Below are positions 38,585-48,315 of a stretch of 64,000 nt of DNA, in pieces. The stretch is from the NCBI GenBank assembly GCA_963816185.1, contig CAWFJJ010000025.1, forward strand, positions 552,794 through 616,793. Reading direction: 5' to 3'. A program made the position numbers and the translations under genes. The stretch is from Thermoanaerobaculia bacterium. Lineage in GTDB: Bacteria > Acidobacteriota > Thermoanaerobaculia > UBA5066. Every line of letters starts with the position of its first letter. The stretch's first letter is position 1. The notes below the pieces were generated by a model, which was not told the origin of the DNA, did not search any database, and saw only the letters and a program-made list of their open reading frames with translations.

Positions 38585-39364
38585 TCAGGAACGTCGAAAG
38601 GGCTCGGAAGGTTCCGGCTTGTCGTGCGAGGCTTGCAGCGCGTCGACCGTCCCGCCGAAGAGCTTCTCGAAGACGAGCTGCGAATAGGCGACGGCGCGGG
38701 CGCGCGCCTCGGCGAACGCGCGATAAACGCGGTAGTCGAGCCGCTTCGTGATCGGGGCGGCCGCCCGGCCGAGGGCGCTGTCGTCGAAGCGGTTGACCGC
38801 GGCGATGCGCGCTTCGGTCAGTGCGCGCTCGCCCGCGGACGTCAGGTCGTTCGCCGCGCCGCGGGCCGCCGACATCGGATCGACGCGCAGGAGCGCGACG
38901 ATCAGGAACGTCGCCGCGTACGCGGCCGCGACGGCGAACCGCCAGTCGGTCACGATGGGCTTCAGCCGTCCGAAGACGCGCCGTCGCACGTTCGGCGCGG
39001 CGCTCGAAGGCGCGGGGCGGGGGATGGCGAGCAGCTGCCTCAGGAACGTGCGAGAAGGTTCCGGACGCGCGAGCGTTCCCGGGGTGAGGAACGACAGAAC
39101 TTCCGAGGCCTCCTGGCGAGCACGAACGTCGGCCGGAGTCTCCGCGAGGCGCGAGAGAAACTCGGGCGAGGGCTCGGGACACGCGAGGAACGCGAACACC
39201 CTCGCGTGCTCCGCGACGAGCGTCGCGAGAAGAGCGCACTCGGCGCATTCCACGGCGTGCGCGTCGGCGCCCGCGAGGGCACGGGCCGCCGCGGCCGCGC
39301 TCTCGCCGGAGAGGTCGAGGGCCTCGCCGAGGCGCTGCTCGAAGGCGCGACAGGCCGCGCTCAT
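38585..39364 (-). CDS. Putative membrane anti-sigma factor
   Basis: ATGA overlap with the ECF sigma gene, ZAS-like HAVECAEC motif, single TM. Confidence 0.7.
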   Translation of the reverse strand: MSAACRAFEQRLGEALDLSGESAAAAARALAGADAHAVECAECALLATLVAEHARVFAFLACPEPSPEFLSRLAETPADVRARQEASEVLSFLTPGTLARPEPSRTFLRQLLAIPRPAPSSAAPNVRRRVFGRLKPIVTDWRFAVAAAYAATFLIVALLRVDPMSAARGAANDLTSAGERALTEARIAAVNRFDDSALGRAAAPITKRLDYRVYRAFAEARARAVAYSQLVFEKLFGGTVDALQASHDKPEPSEPFRRS

Positions 39365-40002
39365 CGCGCTCCTCCCGTGGCCGTCGAGACGCGCGGGCCG
39401 AAGGGCGAGTAAAGAGATTTTCCGTCTCCCGTCGAGGCCCCGACGCGTCCCCTCACGACGCGTGCCAGCTCGATCCGCGCGCGGTTCAGACGCGACTTCA
39501 CCGTGCCGTCGGCCAGCTTCAGGAGGTCGCCGATCTCGCGATAATCGAGGCCGTCGAGGTCGCGCAGGATCACGACCTCGGCAAGCTCGTCGGGCAGCTC
39601 GGAGATCGCGTCGAGCAGCATTCTCACGCGCTCGCGGCGCACGGCGTCCGCCTGCGGGTCGTCGGTTGCCGGAAGAAGAGCCGCGACGGCGTCGTCGGAG
39701 AGGAACGCGAACCCCTTCTCCCTTTTTCTCCTCCTGTAGTGATCGATGCACAGGTTTCGCGAGAGCGCCGCGATCCAGGCGAGAAGCGAGGCTTCGGTCG
39801 GCTCGTAGCGGTCGAGGTTCTGCCAGACCTTGAGGAAACAGTCCTGCGTCAGCTCCTCGGCTTCCGCGCGGTCGTACGTCATGTGCCAGGCGATCCCGTA
39901 GACTTTTTTTCCATAGGAGGCGACGAGGTCTGCCCAGGCGCCCTCATCCCCCCTTTGGCAGCGGGCCACGAGCTCGGCATCGGGGTGAGGCTCTTCGGGC
40001 AT
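39361..40002 (-). CDS. ECF sigma factor
   Basis: AEELTQDCFLKVW, WIAALSRNLCIDHYR, LRDLDGLDYREI, GTVKSRLNRAR. Confidence 0.94.
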   Translation of the reverse strand: MPEEPHPDAELVARCQRGDEGAWADLVASYGKKVYGIAWHMTYDRAEAEELTQDCFLKVWQNLDRYEPTEASLLAWIAALSRNLCIDHYRRRKREKGFAFLSDDAVAALLPATDDPQADAVRRERVRMLLDAISELPDELAEVVILRDLDGLDYREIGDLLKLADGTVKSRLNRARIELARVVRGRVGASTGDGKSLYSPFGPRVSTATGGAR

Positions 40003-40020
40003 CGGTCCTCGAATCGGTGT

Positions 40021-40046
40021 AACGAGAAAGCGGCCGGATCGGTTCC
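40021..40046 (-). promoter_or_regulatory. Putative ECF autoregulatory promoter GGAACC-N16-CGTT
   Basis: Minus strand reads ggaacc gatccggccgctttct cgtt, ending 18 nt upstream of the sigma ATG. Confidence 0.6.
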
Positions 40047-40098
40047 GGCGCCGCTAAGTCTATAATCGCCAAGAGTTCCGAAGGAGAGCAGGAAGTCG

Positions 40099-40716
40099 AT
40101 GCGGAGTATTTCCGTCCGTTTTGGGCTTCTTTTGCTGCTGGCGTCGCGCCCAGCCGCGGCGCAGGACCAGCCTCCCCCCGCGCCCGTCGCCGCCCCGACG
40201 CCCGCTGCGGCCGCTCCCGCCCCCGCCACGACGGGTCCCGCCCCGGCCGCGGCGGCCGCCTCGCCGGCCTGGCGGCCTTTCCAGGAGCTCGCTTTTCTCG
40301 TCGGCTCGTGGTCGGGCAGCGCGGAGTCCGGCACGCGCGTCGGCGGGCGCGTCGCGCGCTTCACGCCGCAATTCAACGGGAATTACCTCGTCCACCGCGG
40401 AAGCACGATCCTCACGTCGGACGACGGCAAGGAGGAGACGATCGAGGAGGTGGGCTATTTCGCGTACGATCGGGAGAAGAGGAGGTACGTCGCCTCGTAT
40501 TTCTTTTCCACCGGTATCAGCGCCACGTTCGACGTCGTGATCGCGCCCGAGGGCGTGCGCCTCGCGTCGCGCGAGCTCCTGAACGCGGAGGCCGGGACGA
40601 AGGCGCGGATGCTTTTTTCGCCGAAGAGCGACGGCGAGCTCACTCTGTCGATGGATCTTGCGCCGGGAGGGAAGGATTTCGTGCCTTTCCTCACGAGCAG
40701 CCTTCGGAAGAAGTAG
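40099..40716 (+). CDS. Hypothetical exported protein
   Basis: Signal peptide, Pro/Ala linker, LAFLVGSWSG beta-barrel-like domain. TATAAT at 40061-40066. Confidence 0.75.
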   Translation: MRSISVRFGLLLLLASRPAAAQDQPPPAPVAAPTPAAAAPAPATTGPAPAAAAASPAWRPFQELAFLVGSWSGSAESGTRVGGRVARFTPQFNGNYLVHRGSTILTSDDGKEETIEEVGYFAYDREKRRYVASYFFSTGISATFDVVIAPEGVRLASRELLNAEAGTKARMLFSPKSDGELTLSMDLAPGGKDFVPFLTSSLRKK

Positions 40717-40802
40717 GGTTCATCGGAAAAACGGCGGTCTGGTAACCTGCAAGACCCGCGAGGCGGCCATTTTCGTGGCCCCGCGTTCCGAAAGCAGGCC
40801 TC

Positions 40803-42641
40803 ATGTCCGGACTTCGCAACATCGCGATCATCGCGCACGTCGACCATGGCAAGACCACGCTCGTGGACTGCCTCCTGAAGCAGTCGGGTACGTTCCGTGC
40901 GAACGAGGCGATGTCCGGCGCCGAGCGGATCATGGACAGCAACGACCTCGAGAGGGAGCGCGGGATCACGATCCTCGCGAAGAACACGTCCATCCACTAC
41001 CACGGCACGAAGATCAACATCGTCGACACGCCGGGCCACAGCGACTTCGGCGGCGAAGTGGAGCGCGTCCTCAAGATGGTGGACGCGGTGCTCCTCGTCG
41101 TGGACGCGGCCGAGGGCACGATGCCTCAGACGCGCTTCGTCCTGCGCAAGGCGTTCGAGCTGGGGCTGAAACCCCTCGTCGTCGTGAACAAGATCGACCG
41201 GCCGGACGCGCGGCCGCATCAGGTCATCGACGAGGTGTTCGACCTGATGGTCGACCTCGGCGCCACGGACGCGCAGCTCGACTTCCCGATCATCTACACG
41301 TCCGCCAAGCACGGCTTCGCGCGCCGCGAGGTGGACCACACGGAGACGGACGTGCGGCCGCTCCTCGACGCGATTCTCGTGGAGGTGCCGGAGCCCGGCG
41401 GAGACCCGGCCGCCCCGCTGCAGATCCTCGTGGCGTCGCTGGACTACGACAACTACCTCGGCCGGCTCCTCATCGGCCGCATCGTGAACGGGACGGCGAA
41501 GCCGGGGCAGCAGATCTCGGTCTGCAAGCTCGACGGCACCGTCACGAAGGCCAAAATCGCGATGCTGATGGCGTTCGAAGGGCTGAGACGCGTCGAGGTC
41601 GAGGAGGCTCACGCCGGCGACCTCGTCGTCATCTCCGGCATCGACGAGGTCACGATCGGCGAGACGCTGGCCGACCTGGAGAATCCCGTCGCCCTCGCGC
41701 CCATCGCCGTCGACGAGCCGACCGTCTCCATGACGTTCCGCGTGAACGACTCGCCGTTCGCCGGCCGGGAGGGCAAGTACGTCACGAGCCGAAACCTCGG
41801 CGAGCGCCTCCAGAAGGAGCTTCGCACGAACGTCGCGATGCGCGTCGAGGGCACGGACAGCCCCGACGCCTTCCGAGTCTCGGGCCGCGGCGAGCTGCAC
41901 CTCGCGATCACGGTCGAGATGATGCGCCGCGAGGGATACGAGTTCGCGCTCTCACGCCCCCAGGTCATCCTCAAGGAGGTCGACTCTCAGACGTGCGAGC
42001 CGATCGAGGAGCTCGTCGTCGACGTGCCGGAAGTCGCGATGGGCACCGTCATCGAGAAGCTCGGCCAGCGCAAGGCCGAGATGACGAACATGACGAATCA
42101 CGGCTCGGGACGCGTGAAGATCGAGTTCAAGATCCCGACGCGCGGCCTCTTCGGGTACCGCAACGAGTTCCTCACGGACACGAAGGGCGAGGGCCTCCTG
42201 TACCACGTCTTCCACGGCTACGAGCCGTTCAAGGGCGAGGTCACGGGCCGCGGGCGGGGCGCTCTCGTGTGCAAGGAGGCGGGAGAGACGACCGCGCACT
42301 CCCTCGAGCGGCTCGAGGAGCGTTCGACGCTCTTCCTGTCGCCCGGAGTCGAGGTCTACGGCGGGATGATCTGCGGCGAGAGTGCGCGGGAGAACGACCT
42401 CGTCGTGAACCCCTGCGTCAAGAAGCACCTCACGAACATGCGTTCGTCCAACTCGGACTTCGCGATCCGCCTCACGCCTCCGCGGCCGATGCCTCTCGAG
42501 CTCGCCATCGGGTGGATCGAGGACGACGAGCTCGTCGAGGTGACGCCGAAGTCCGTGAGGCTGAGAAAGCGCATCCTCGACCATACCCAGCGGCGCGTCT
42601 CCGAGAAGAGGAGCGCGGTCGTGGAAGAGGAGGAGGCGTGA
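40803..42641 (+). CDS. typA: Translational GTPase TypA/BipA
   Basis: [63 protein letters not shown]. Confidence 0.97.
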   Translation: MSGLRNIAIIAHVDHGKTTLVDCLLKQSGTFRANEAMSGAERIMDSNDLERERGITILAKNTSIHYHGTKINIVDTPGHSDFGGEVERVLKMVDAVLLVVDAAEGTMPQTRFVLRKAFELGLKPLVVVNKIDRPDARPHQVIDEVFDLMVDLGATDAQLDFPIIYTSAKHGFARREVDHTETDVRPLLDAILVEVPEPGGDPAAPLQILVASLDYDNYLGRLLIGRIVNGTAKPGQQISVCKLDGTVTKAKIAMLMAFEGLRRVEVEEAHAGDLVVISGIDEVTIGETLADLENPVALAPIAVDEPTVSMTFRVNDSPFAGREGKYVTSRNLGERLQKELRTNVAMRVEGTDSPDAFRVSGRGELHLAITVEMMRREGYEFALSRPQVILKEVDSQTCEPIEELVVDVPEVAMGTVIEKLGQRKAEMTNMTNHGSGRVKIEFKIPTRGLFGYRNEFLTDTKGEGLLYHVFHGYEPFKGEVTGRGRGALVCKEAGETTAHSLERLEERSTLFLSPGVEVYGGMICGESARENDLVVNPCVKKHLTNMRSSNSDFAIRLTPPRPMPLELAIGWIEDDELVEVTPKSVRLRKRILDHTQRRVSEKRSAVVEEEEA

Positions 42642-43300
42642 GCGCTCGCCGGGCGGTTGCCGCAGTCTGCCTGCTTCTCGCGCGGCCTCTCGTCGCCGAC
42701 GGGGGCCGTGCCGCGGAGGTCGCCGCCTGGCTCACGGGCACGTTCGAGCTGAAGAGCGAGAGGTCGGACGGAGCGCCCGAGGCGGTCCGGGTCGTCGTCG
42801 TGGCCGTGCCGAGGAGCCGGATCGCGAACGGTTCTCTCGTCCTCTATCGCGAGCAGGCCGCCGCGCCGAAGCTCGACGAGCCGTCCCAGCAGCGTTTCTA
42901 CCGCCTCGAAGACGCCGGAGATACGGTCCGCATGCGCGCGTTCGACCCGAAGGACCCCATCGTCGTGCGCGGCAAATGGCGAGATCCTTCTGCTCTCGCT
43001 CTTTACGGCGCGAGCGACGTGCGCGAGAGGCCAGGCTGCACGCTGCTGCTCAAGAAAAAGGGCGACCTCTGGGAAGGCGAGACGCCGGGCACGGACTGCC
43101 CCTCGACCGTGAAGACCGCGGCGACGGTGAGGTCCGTCTTGATCCTCGCGCAGGACGGCTTCACCCAGTGGGACCGGGGATTCGACGAAAAGGGTCAGCA
43201 GACGTGGGAGTCCCCGGAAGGCGGCATGCGGTTCCTGAAGAGATCGATGAACGCGCCCGTGGACGAAAAGCTCATCGAGCGTCCGGTCGGGCGCCGCTGA
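42638..43300 (+). CDS. CpcT/CpeT-family (bilin lyase-like) exported protein
   Basis: GTGA overlap with typA. WLTGTF, LYREQA..P.QQRFYRL, RPGCT, C.S, WDRGFDEKGQQTW. Confidence 0.72.
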   Translation: MSARRAVAAVCLLLARPLVADGGRAAEVAAWLTGTFELKSERSDGAPEAVRVVVVAVPRSRIANGSLVLYREQAAAPKLDEPSQQRFYRLEDAGDTVRMRAFDPKDPIVVRGKWRDPSALALYGASDVRERPGCTLLLKKKGDLWEGETPGTDCPSTVKTAATVRSVLILAQDGFTQWDRGFDEKGQQTWESPEGGMRFLKRSMNAPVDEKLIERPVGRR

Positions 43301-43311
43301 AGTCGCGCCGT

Positions 43312-43674
43312 CTACTTCGGCTCGACGACGAGCGTTCCCGTCATGTCTTCGTGGCCGTCGCCGCAGAAGACGTCGCAGTGGAACGGGAACGTTCCCTCCT
43401 TGTCGGGCGTGAGCGCGACCCGCGTGACGTCCTTCGGGACGATGTCCTTCCGGATCTTGAACGCCGGGAGGTTGAAGCCGTGAACCCGATCCAATGACGT
43501 CAGTTCGAGAACGACGGCTTCACCTTTCTTGACGTGTACCTCGGCGGGCGTGAACGAGAACCTCTTCGCGGAGATCTTCACGACCCGCGGCTCGGCGCCG
43601 CGCCCGGCCGCCGCGGCGGCGAAGACGGCCAGAGCGAGTGCCGCGCGCCCCGCAAGGACGCTGCCGGACCGCAT
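43312..43674 (-). CDS. Exported cupredoxin (CuA/COX2-like domain)
   Basis: Signal peptide, DRVHGF, HCDVFCGDGHEDM (CuA-type ligands). Confidence 0.88.
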   Translation of the reverse strand: MRSGSVLAGRAALALAVFAAAAAGRGAEPRVVKISAKRFSFTPAEVHVKKGEAVVLELTSLDRVHGFNLPAFKIRKDIVPKDVTRVALTPDKEGTFPFHCDVFCGDGHEDMTGTLVVEPK

Positions 43675-43676
43675 GG

Positions 43677-44594
43677 TCAACCCACGGCCGCGGCAGGTGT
43701 CCGCACCCATGTCGCCTTGATCGCCTTCTGCTCGAGGCGATATACGCCCTTGCCCGGATAAGCTTCGACGTCGCGCCAGCCGAGGCCGCGATACGGCTGC
43801 TTGTCGTCCCACGGGACCGGAGCCCTCTTTGGGACCGAGCCGGGGGCCGGGAGCGGGAACATCAGAGACGTGGCGGAGTGGTGCTCGATGTGGCCCGTCT
43901 TGTGGTGGTGCTCCTGGTGGATGTGCCCGTAAAAGACGGTCACGTGCGGGAACGGCTGGAGGACCTCGAGCGCGGCGGCGCCGTCTTTCGTGGCCCAATC
44001 CCACGAGGGGTAAAGGTCGAAGAGCGGGCGGTGCGTGAGGATCACGATTGGCTTGTCGGCTTTCCGCTTCGCGAGGTCGCTCTTGAGCCATGCGAGCTGC
44101 GCCTCGCCGATCGCGGCACCCGGATCGGACACGTTGTCGAGGACGGCGAAGTGGACCCCCTTGTGGTCGAACGAATAATGCGTCTCCCCGAAGAGCTCGT
44201 GGTACGCCTCGCCGCGGTCGAGAGAGGCGTCGTGCTCGCCCGGCAGGAACCGCACCGTCTTGGCCTTCAGCTTCCCGGCGATGTCGCGGAACTCCTTCAT
44301 GCGGTCGCGCCGCTTCACGCCATCGTCCGTCGTGTGCGTGAGGTCGCCGGTGAAGACGACGAAATCGGGCTGCGCCGACAGCGCGTTCACGGCCTCGATC
44401 GCCTTCGGAAGCGTGCCTTTCGCATCCGGGTTCGGAGGGCCTTCGAAGCCCCAGTGCGTGTCCGAGAGCTGGACGAAGTGGAACTCGTCGGCGGGCTCGG
44501 CCAGCGCGGTTCGCCACAGGCTCGACGCGAAGACGACGCCGCCTCCGAGGCCGGCCAGCTTCAGGAACTCCCGTCGATCGGTTTCGGCTTTCAT
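43677..44594 (-). CDS. Tat-exported metallophosphoesterase (calcineurin-like)
   Basis: DRREFLK Tat motif, QLSDTH, TGDLTH, PGEHD, THRP, GHIHQ. Confidence 0.9.
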   Translation of the reverse strand: MKAETDRREFLKLAGLGGGVVFASSLWRTALAEPADEFHFVQLSDTHWGFEGPPNPDAKGTLPKAIEAVNALSAQPDFVVFTGDLTHTTDDGVKRRDRMKEFRDIAGKLKAKTVRFLPGEHDASLDRGEAYHELFGETHYSFDHKGVHFAVLDNVSDPGAAIGEAQLAWLKSDLAKRKADKPIVILTHRPLFDLYPSWDWATKDGAAALEVLQPFPHVTVFYGHIHQEHHHKTGHIEHHSATSLMFPLPAPGSVPKRAPVPWDDKQPYRGLGWRDVEAYPGKGVYRLEQKAIKATWVRTPAAAVG

Positions 44595-44614
44595 GGCGCC
44601 TTCCTCCGCCGAGG

Positions 44615-44677
44615 AGACCCGCGCGAGTAGCCGTCTATTCCCGGATGCCGGGAATAAGATGACCCCGCCCGCGGTCT
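44615..44677. promoter_or_regulatory. Back-to-back divergent ECF-type promoters GGAATA-N17-GTCT
   Basis: Minus strand 44641-44615 and plus strand 44651-44677, with identical spacing. The two -35 boxes form the inverted repeat tattcccgg-atg-ccgggaata. Confidence 0.72.
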
Positions 44678-44683
44678 GTGGAA

Positions 44684-45226
44684 ATGGAGGGTTCCCTGCG
44701 CGAACCGGAACCGGGGGCGGAATTCGAGGAGCTGATGCTGCCGCTTCTCCCATCCGCCTATAACCTCGCGCGCTGGCTCACGCGCAACGACCACGATGCA
44801 GAGGACGTGGTTCAGGAGGCATTTCTGCGGGCTTATCGGTTCTTCCCTTCGTTCCGCGGCGGCGACGCGCGGGCCTGGCTCCTCGCGATCGTGCGCAACG
44901 CTTGCTGGACGTGGCTTCGCACGAATCGCGCGCGCGAGGACGCGACGGCCCTCGAGGACGCCGAAGAGCCGGCGGACATCGTCGCTTCCGTCGAGGAGGA
45001 CCTCGTGCGGCGCGCCGATGGCGCACGGCTGAGGCGGGCGCTCGACGAGCTGCCTGGGGAATTCCGCGAAGTGATCGTGCTCCGCGAGCTCGAGGAGCTC
45101 TCGTACCGGGAGATCGCCGAGGTCGCGGGGGTCCCGGTGGGAACCGTGATGTCGCGCCTCGCGCGGGGGAGGCGGCGCCTCCAGTCGGCGCTCGCCCGGC
45201 CGGCCGCAGCCGAGGTGGCGCCATGA
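44684..45226 (+). CDS. ECF sigma factor
   Basis: AYNLARWLTRNDHDAEDVVQEAFLRA, WLLAIVRN, LRELEELSYREIA, GTVMSRLARGR. Confidence 0.94.
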   Translation: MEGSLREPEPGAEFEELMLPLLPSAYNLARWLTRNDHDAEDVVQEAFLRAYRFFPSFRGGDARAWLLAIVRNACWTWLRTNRAREDATALEDAEEPADIVASVEEDLVRRADGARLRRALDELPGEFREVIVLRELEELSYREIAEVAGVPVGTVMSRLARGRRRLQSALARPAAAEVAP

Positions 45227-45963
45227 CCTGTCCGTTTCCCCGCGAGAACGCCCACGCCTGGCTCGACGGAGAGCTCTCGGTCGAGGCGACTCTGGAAGCC
45301 GAGCGCCACGCCCGAGAGTGCGCCTCGTGCGCCGCGGAATACCGGCGTGCGCTCGCCCTGCGGTCGGCGCTCCGGGAGGGCGGGCTCGTCGCCGTTCCTC
45401 CGGCCTCCCTCGAGGCGCGCGTTCGTGCCCGCCTTGCGAAAGAGCGCAGGCCCTCGTGGCGGCGCGGCGTGCCGGAGTGGGCCGCACTCGCCGCAGCGCT
45501 CGTCCTCGGTGCCGCGCTCACGGCCCTCCTCATGCCGCTGCGCGAGTCGATCCGCGCCCGCGGCCTCGACGAGACCCTCGTCGACACCCATGTGCGCGCT
45601 CTCATGAAGGGGCCTCTCATCGAGGTCGTCTCGTCCGACCGTCACACGGTCAAGCCGTGGTTCGCCGGGCGCATCGACCTCTCGCCGAAAGTGAAAGACC
45701 TCGCGGACCGGGGCTTCCCGCTCTCCGGCGGACGGGTGGACGACCTTTCGGGGCGCCGGGTTGCCGCCCTCGCGTATACGCACGGGCGGCACGAGATCGA
45801 CCTCTTCGTCTGGGTCGCGGCGGCGCCCGCTCCGGCCGTGACCACGGCCGTTTTGCGCGGCTACCACGTCGCGCGCTGGACGGAAGGCGATCTCGCCTAC
45901 GCCGCCGTGTCCGACATGGACGAGGAGGAGCTGCGCACGTTCGTCGAGCTCATCCGCAACTGA
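45223..45963 (+). CDS. Zinc-binding transmembrane anti-sigma factor
   Basis: AWLDGEL, HARECASC, TM, SSDRHTVKPWFAG, GFPLSGGRVD. Confidence 0.9.
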   Translation: MTCPFPRENAHAWLDGELSVEATLEAERHARECASCAAEYRRALALRSALREGGLVAVPPASLEARVRARLAKERRPSWRRGVPEWAALAAALVLGAALTALLMPLRESIRARGLDETLVDTHVRALMKGPLIEVVSSDRHTVKPWFAGRIDLSPKVKDLADRGFPLSGGRVDDLSGRRVAALAYTHGRHEIDLFVWVAAAPAPAVTTAVLRGYHVARWTEGDLAYAAVSDMDEEELRTFVELIRN

Positions 45964-46150
45964 CCTCGAAAGAGGAAGGATTCTTTTCAAAAGGGGAAGA
46001 TGGGAAGAGAGAGATTCTTAGAAAGGGAAGAGGCGGCGGCGCGCAAATCTCAGCGGCGGCGCGGCTGAGAACAGGCGACCGCATCGGACAAGCCGCAGCC
46101 GCGGCTCGGGACCATTCGAAGAATCTTCATCGGCATGTCTAGAATGCAAC

Positions 46151-46948
46151 ATGCCATCCCGCGTGAGGCCGGCGATTCTGTCTGTTCTTCTTCTCACGGC
46201 CGCGTCGGCGGCCGCGCAGCAGGACGTCTCCGGCCGCCGGAGCGCCTCGGGCGTGGAGGAGAGCTACGCCGAGCGTGCGAGCTCGAGCATCCTCCTCGTC
46301 TACGACGGGAGGCGCGTGGAGCCGGGGCTCGAGCGTGTGCTCCTCTCGTCGCTCGAGCAGGCCTACGCCGATCTCGTTCAGGATTTCGGCTCGGGTCCCG
46401 TCGAGAAGATCGTGGTCGTGGTCTACGCCGAGCGCGACTTTCAGGCTTCGACTCAGGCTCCCGCCTGGGCCGACGGCCTCTTCGACGGGAGGGTGCGTGT
46501 GCCGGCGCGCGGCCTCACGGGCGTCACGCCGGAGCTTCTCTCCGTTCTCAAGCACGAGATGACGCACAGCTTCGTCCATTTCCGCGCGAAAGGGCGCGCC
46601 CCGACCTGGCTTCAGGAAGGGCTCGCACAGGTCGAGGAAGGGAAGACGTCCGCACGGTTCGCGTCCGCCCTCGCGGATTCCTATGCCGCGCGCGGCACGT
46701 TCCAACTGCAAGGCCTCGAAGGGGGGTTCACCGGTTTTTCCGCGTCGCAGGCGCGGGGCGGATACGTGATCTCGCTTGCCGCGGCCGAGATGCTGAAAGA
46801 CACGCGTGGCTTCGGCGCGCTCGTGCATTTTCTCGACCGCCTGGGTGACGGCGCTCTCGTCGAGGACGCCATGCGCGAGACGCTGCGCGCCGACTACGCG
46901 CGGCTCGAGTCCGACCTCGCGGACTGGCTGAAGAGCCGCGCGCGTTAG
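46151..46948 (+). CDS. Exported peptidase MA-like domain protein
   Basis: Signal peptide, PAWADGLFDG, VLKHEMTH, PTWLQEGLAQ. Confidence 0.8.
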   Translation: MPSRVRPAILSVLLLTAASAAAQQDVSGRRSASGVEESYAERASSSILLVYDGRRVEPGLERVLLSSLEQAYADLVQDFGSGPVEKIVVVVYAERDFQASTQAPAWADGLFDGRVRVPARGLTGVTPELLSVLKHEMTHSFVHFRAKGRAPTWLQEGLAQVEEGKTSARFASALADSYAARGTFQLQGLEGGFTGFSASQARGGYVISLAAAEMLKDTRGFGALVHFLDRLGDGALVEDAMRETLRADYARLESDLADWLKSRAR

Positions 46949-48315
46949 GTCGGCGCCGGCGCGGTCGAGACCTCCGGCCGGCGGCGGCGGCCCCGGCGGC
47001 GCCTGCGGGCGGGCGCACGGCCGTCCGGCGCGGGCTGAGAGATCGCGTCCGGCGGGGCCGGTGCCCCGGGAAACGGCGCGGCGAGACGGTGCGAGCCGAG
47101 GCCATGCTCCACGGCTTCTTCCCAGGCCGCGGCGGCCTCGCGGTAGCGGCCGGAAGCGCGCGCATAGAGCGAGAGAAGCGCGACGGTGGCTTCGAGGTAC
47201 GGTCTCGCCACGAGACGCCGCGCGCCCGGAGCTGTCGGGGGCGTGCTCGTGAGGCGCCCCAGCGTCTCGAGGACGTGCTTGACGGTCTGCGTGAGATGGT
47301 TCGGAAGAGCCATGCGGACCGCGAGGGGGTTCACGGTGTCCTCGAGGACGAGGAGAATCTCGCCGGGGGCGCCGGACGAGAGAGGCCCGCGGCGCCTCAC
47401 GGCGTCGAATACGACCGGCAGGAACATTGCGGAAAGAAGCGTCGCGTCCCCGAGCCTCTCCCCTGCAGACCGCTTCGCATCGATCTCACGCAGAAGCGAG
47501 GAGAGAAGCCCGTCGGCCGATCCCTCGGCCGCGCGCGCGGCGCCGACGCCGCCGAGCTCGGGCAACAGCGCGTCGAGAAGGCCCGCCTCCGACCAGAGGC
47601 GATACGTGTCCTGTCCCCAGCCTCGCCGCAGCGGGTCGAGCAGCTCCTCCGTGACGCGGGGCGCGGCGCTCTTCGTGACCTCGCGGTTGAGCTCGGCGAT
47701 GGCCCCACGCACGTCCTCGGACATCTCGAACGAGAGGCGCGCCGCGAACTCGCAGGCGCGGAGCATCCGGACCGGATCCTCGCGAAACCGGATCATCGGG
47801 TCGCCGATCGTTCGCACGACGCGCCGTTCGAGGTCCTCGACGCCGCCTACGAAGTCGAGGACGGCGTACGTCGCGATGTCGTAGAAGAGCCCGTTGATCG
47901 TGAAGTCGCGGCGGAGCGCGTCCTCCTCGGGCGATCCGAACGTGTTGTCCGAGCGGATGAGGAGATCGTCGTCCCCTTCCTGGCCCTGCTCGCCCTGCAC
48001 GGCGTCGGGCGTCTTGCGGAACGTCGAAACCTCGACGACCTTTCCCCCTTCGAACAGGATGTGCGCGAGCCGGAAGCGCCTCCCGATGACGCGCGAGTTG
48101 CGGAACAGGCGGCGGACTTCCTGAGGGCGCGCATCGGTCCCGACGTCGAAGTCCTTCGGCGTACGGCCCGTCATGAGATCGCGCACCGACCCTCCGACGA
48201 GATAGGCCTTGTAGCCGGAGCGGTGCAGCCGGTACAGGACGCGCAGCGCGTCGGGGTCGATGTAGCCGCGCGATATCGGATGCTCGGCGCGAGGCAGGAT
48301 GCGGGGAATGCTCAT
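46945..48315 (-). CDS. pcnB: Poly(A) polymerase I
   Basis: AYLVGGSVRD, PKDFDVGT, IGRRFRLAHI (PAP signature), RRDFTING, RFREDPVRMLRA, Arg-rich tail. An alternative start lies at 48348. Confidence 0.9.
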   Translation of the reverse strand: MSIPRILPRAEHPISRGYIDPDALRVLYRLHRSGYKAYLVGGSVRDLMTGRTPKDFDVGTDARPQEVRRLFRNSRVIGRRFRLAHILFEGGKVVEVSTFRKTPDAVQGEQGQEGDDDLLIRSDNTFGSPEEDALRRDFTINGLFYDIATYAVLDFVGGVEDLERRVVRTIGDPMIRFREDPVRMLRACEFAARLSFEMSEDVRGAIAELNREVTKSAAPRVTEELLDPLRRGWGQDTYRLWSEAGLLDALLPELGGVGAARAAEGSADGLLSSLLREIDAKRSAGERLGDATLLSAMFLPVVFDAVRRRGPLSSGAPGEILLVLEDTVNPLAVRMALPNHLTQTVKHVLETLGRLTSTPPTAPGARRLVARPYLEATVALLSLYARASGRYREAAAAWEEAVEHGLGSHRLAAPFPGAPAPPDAISQPAPDGRAPARRRRRGRRRRPEVSTAPAPT

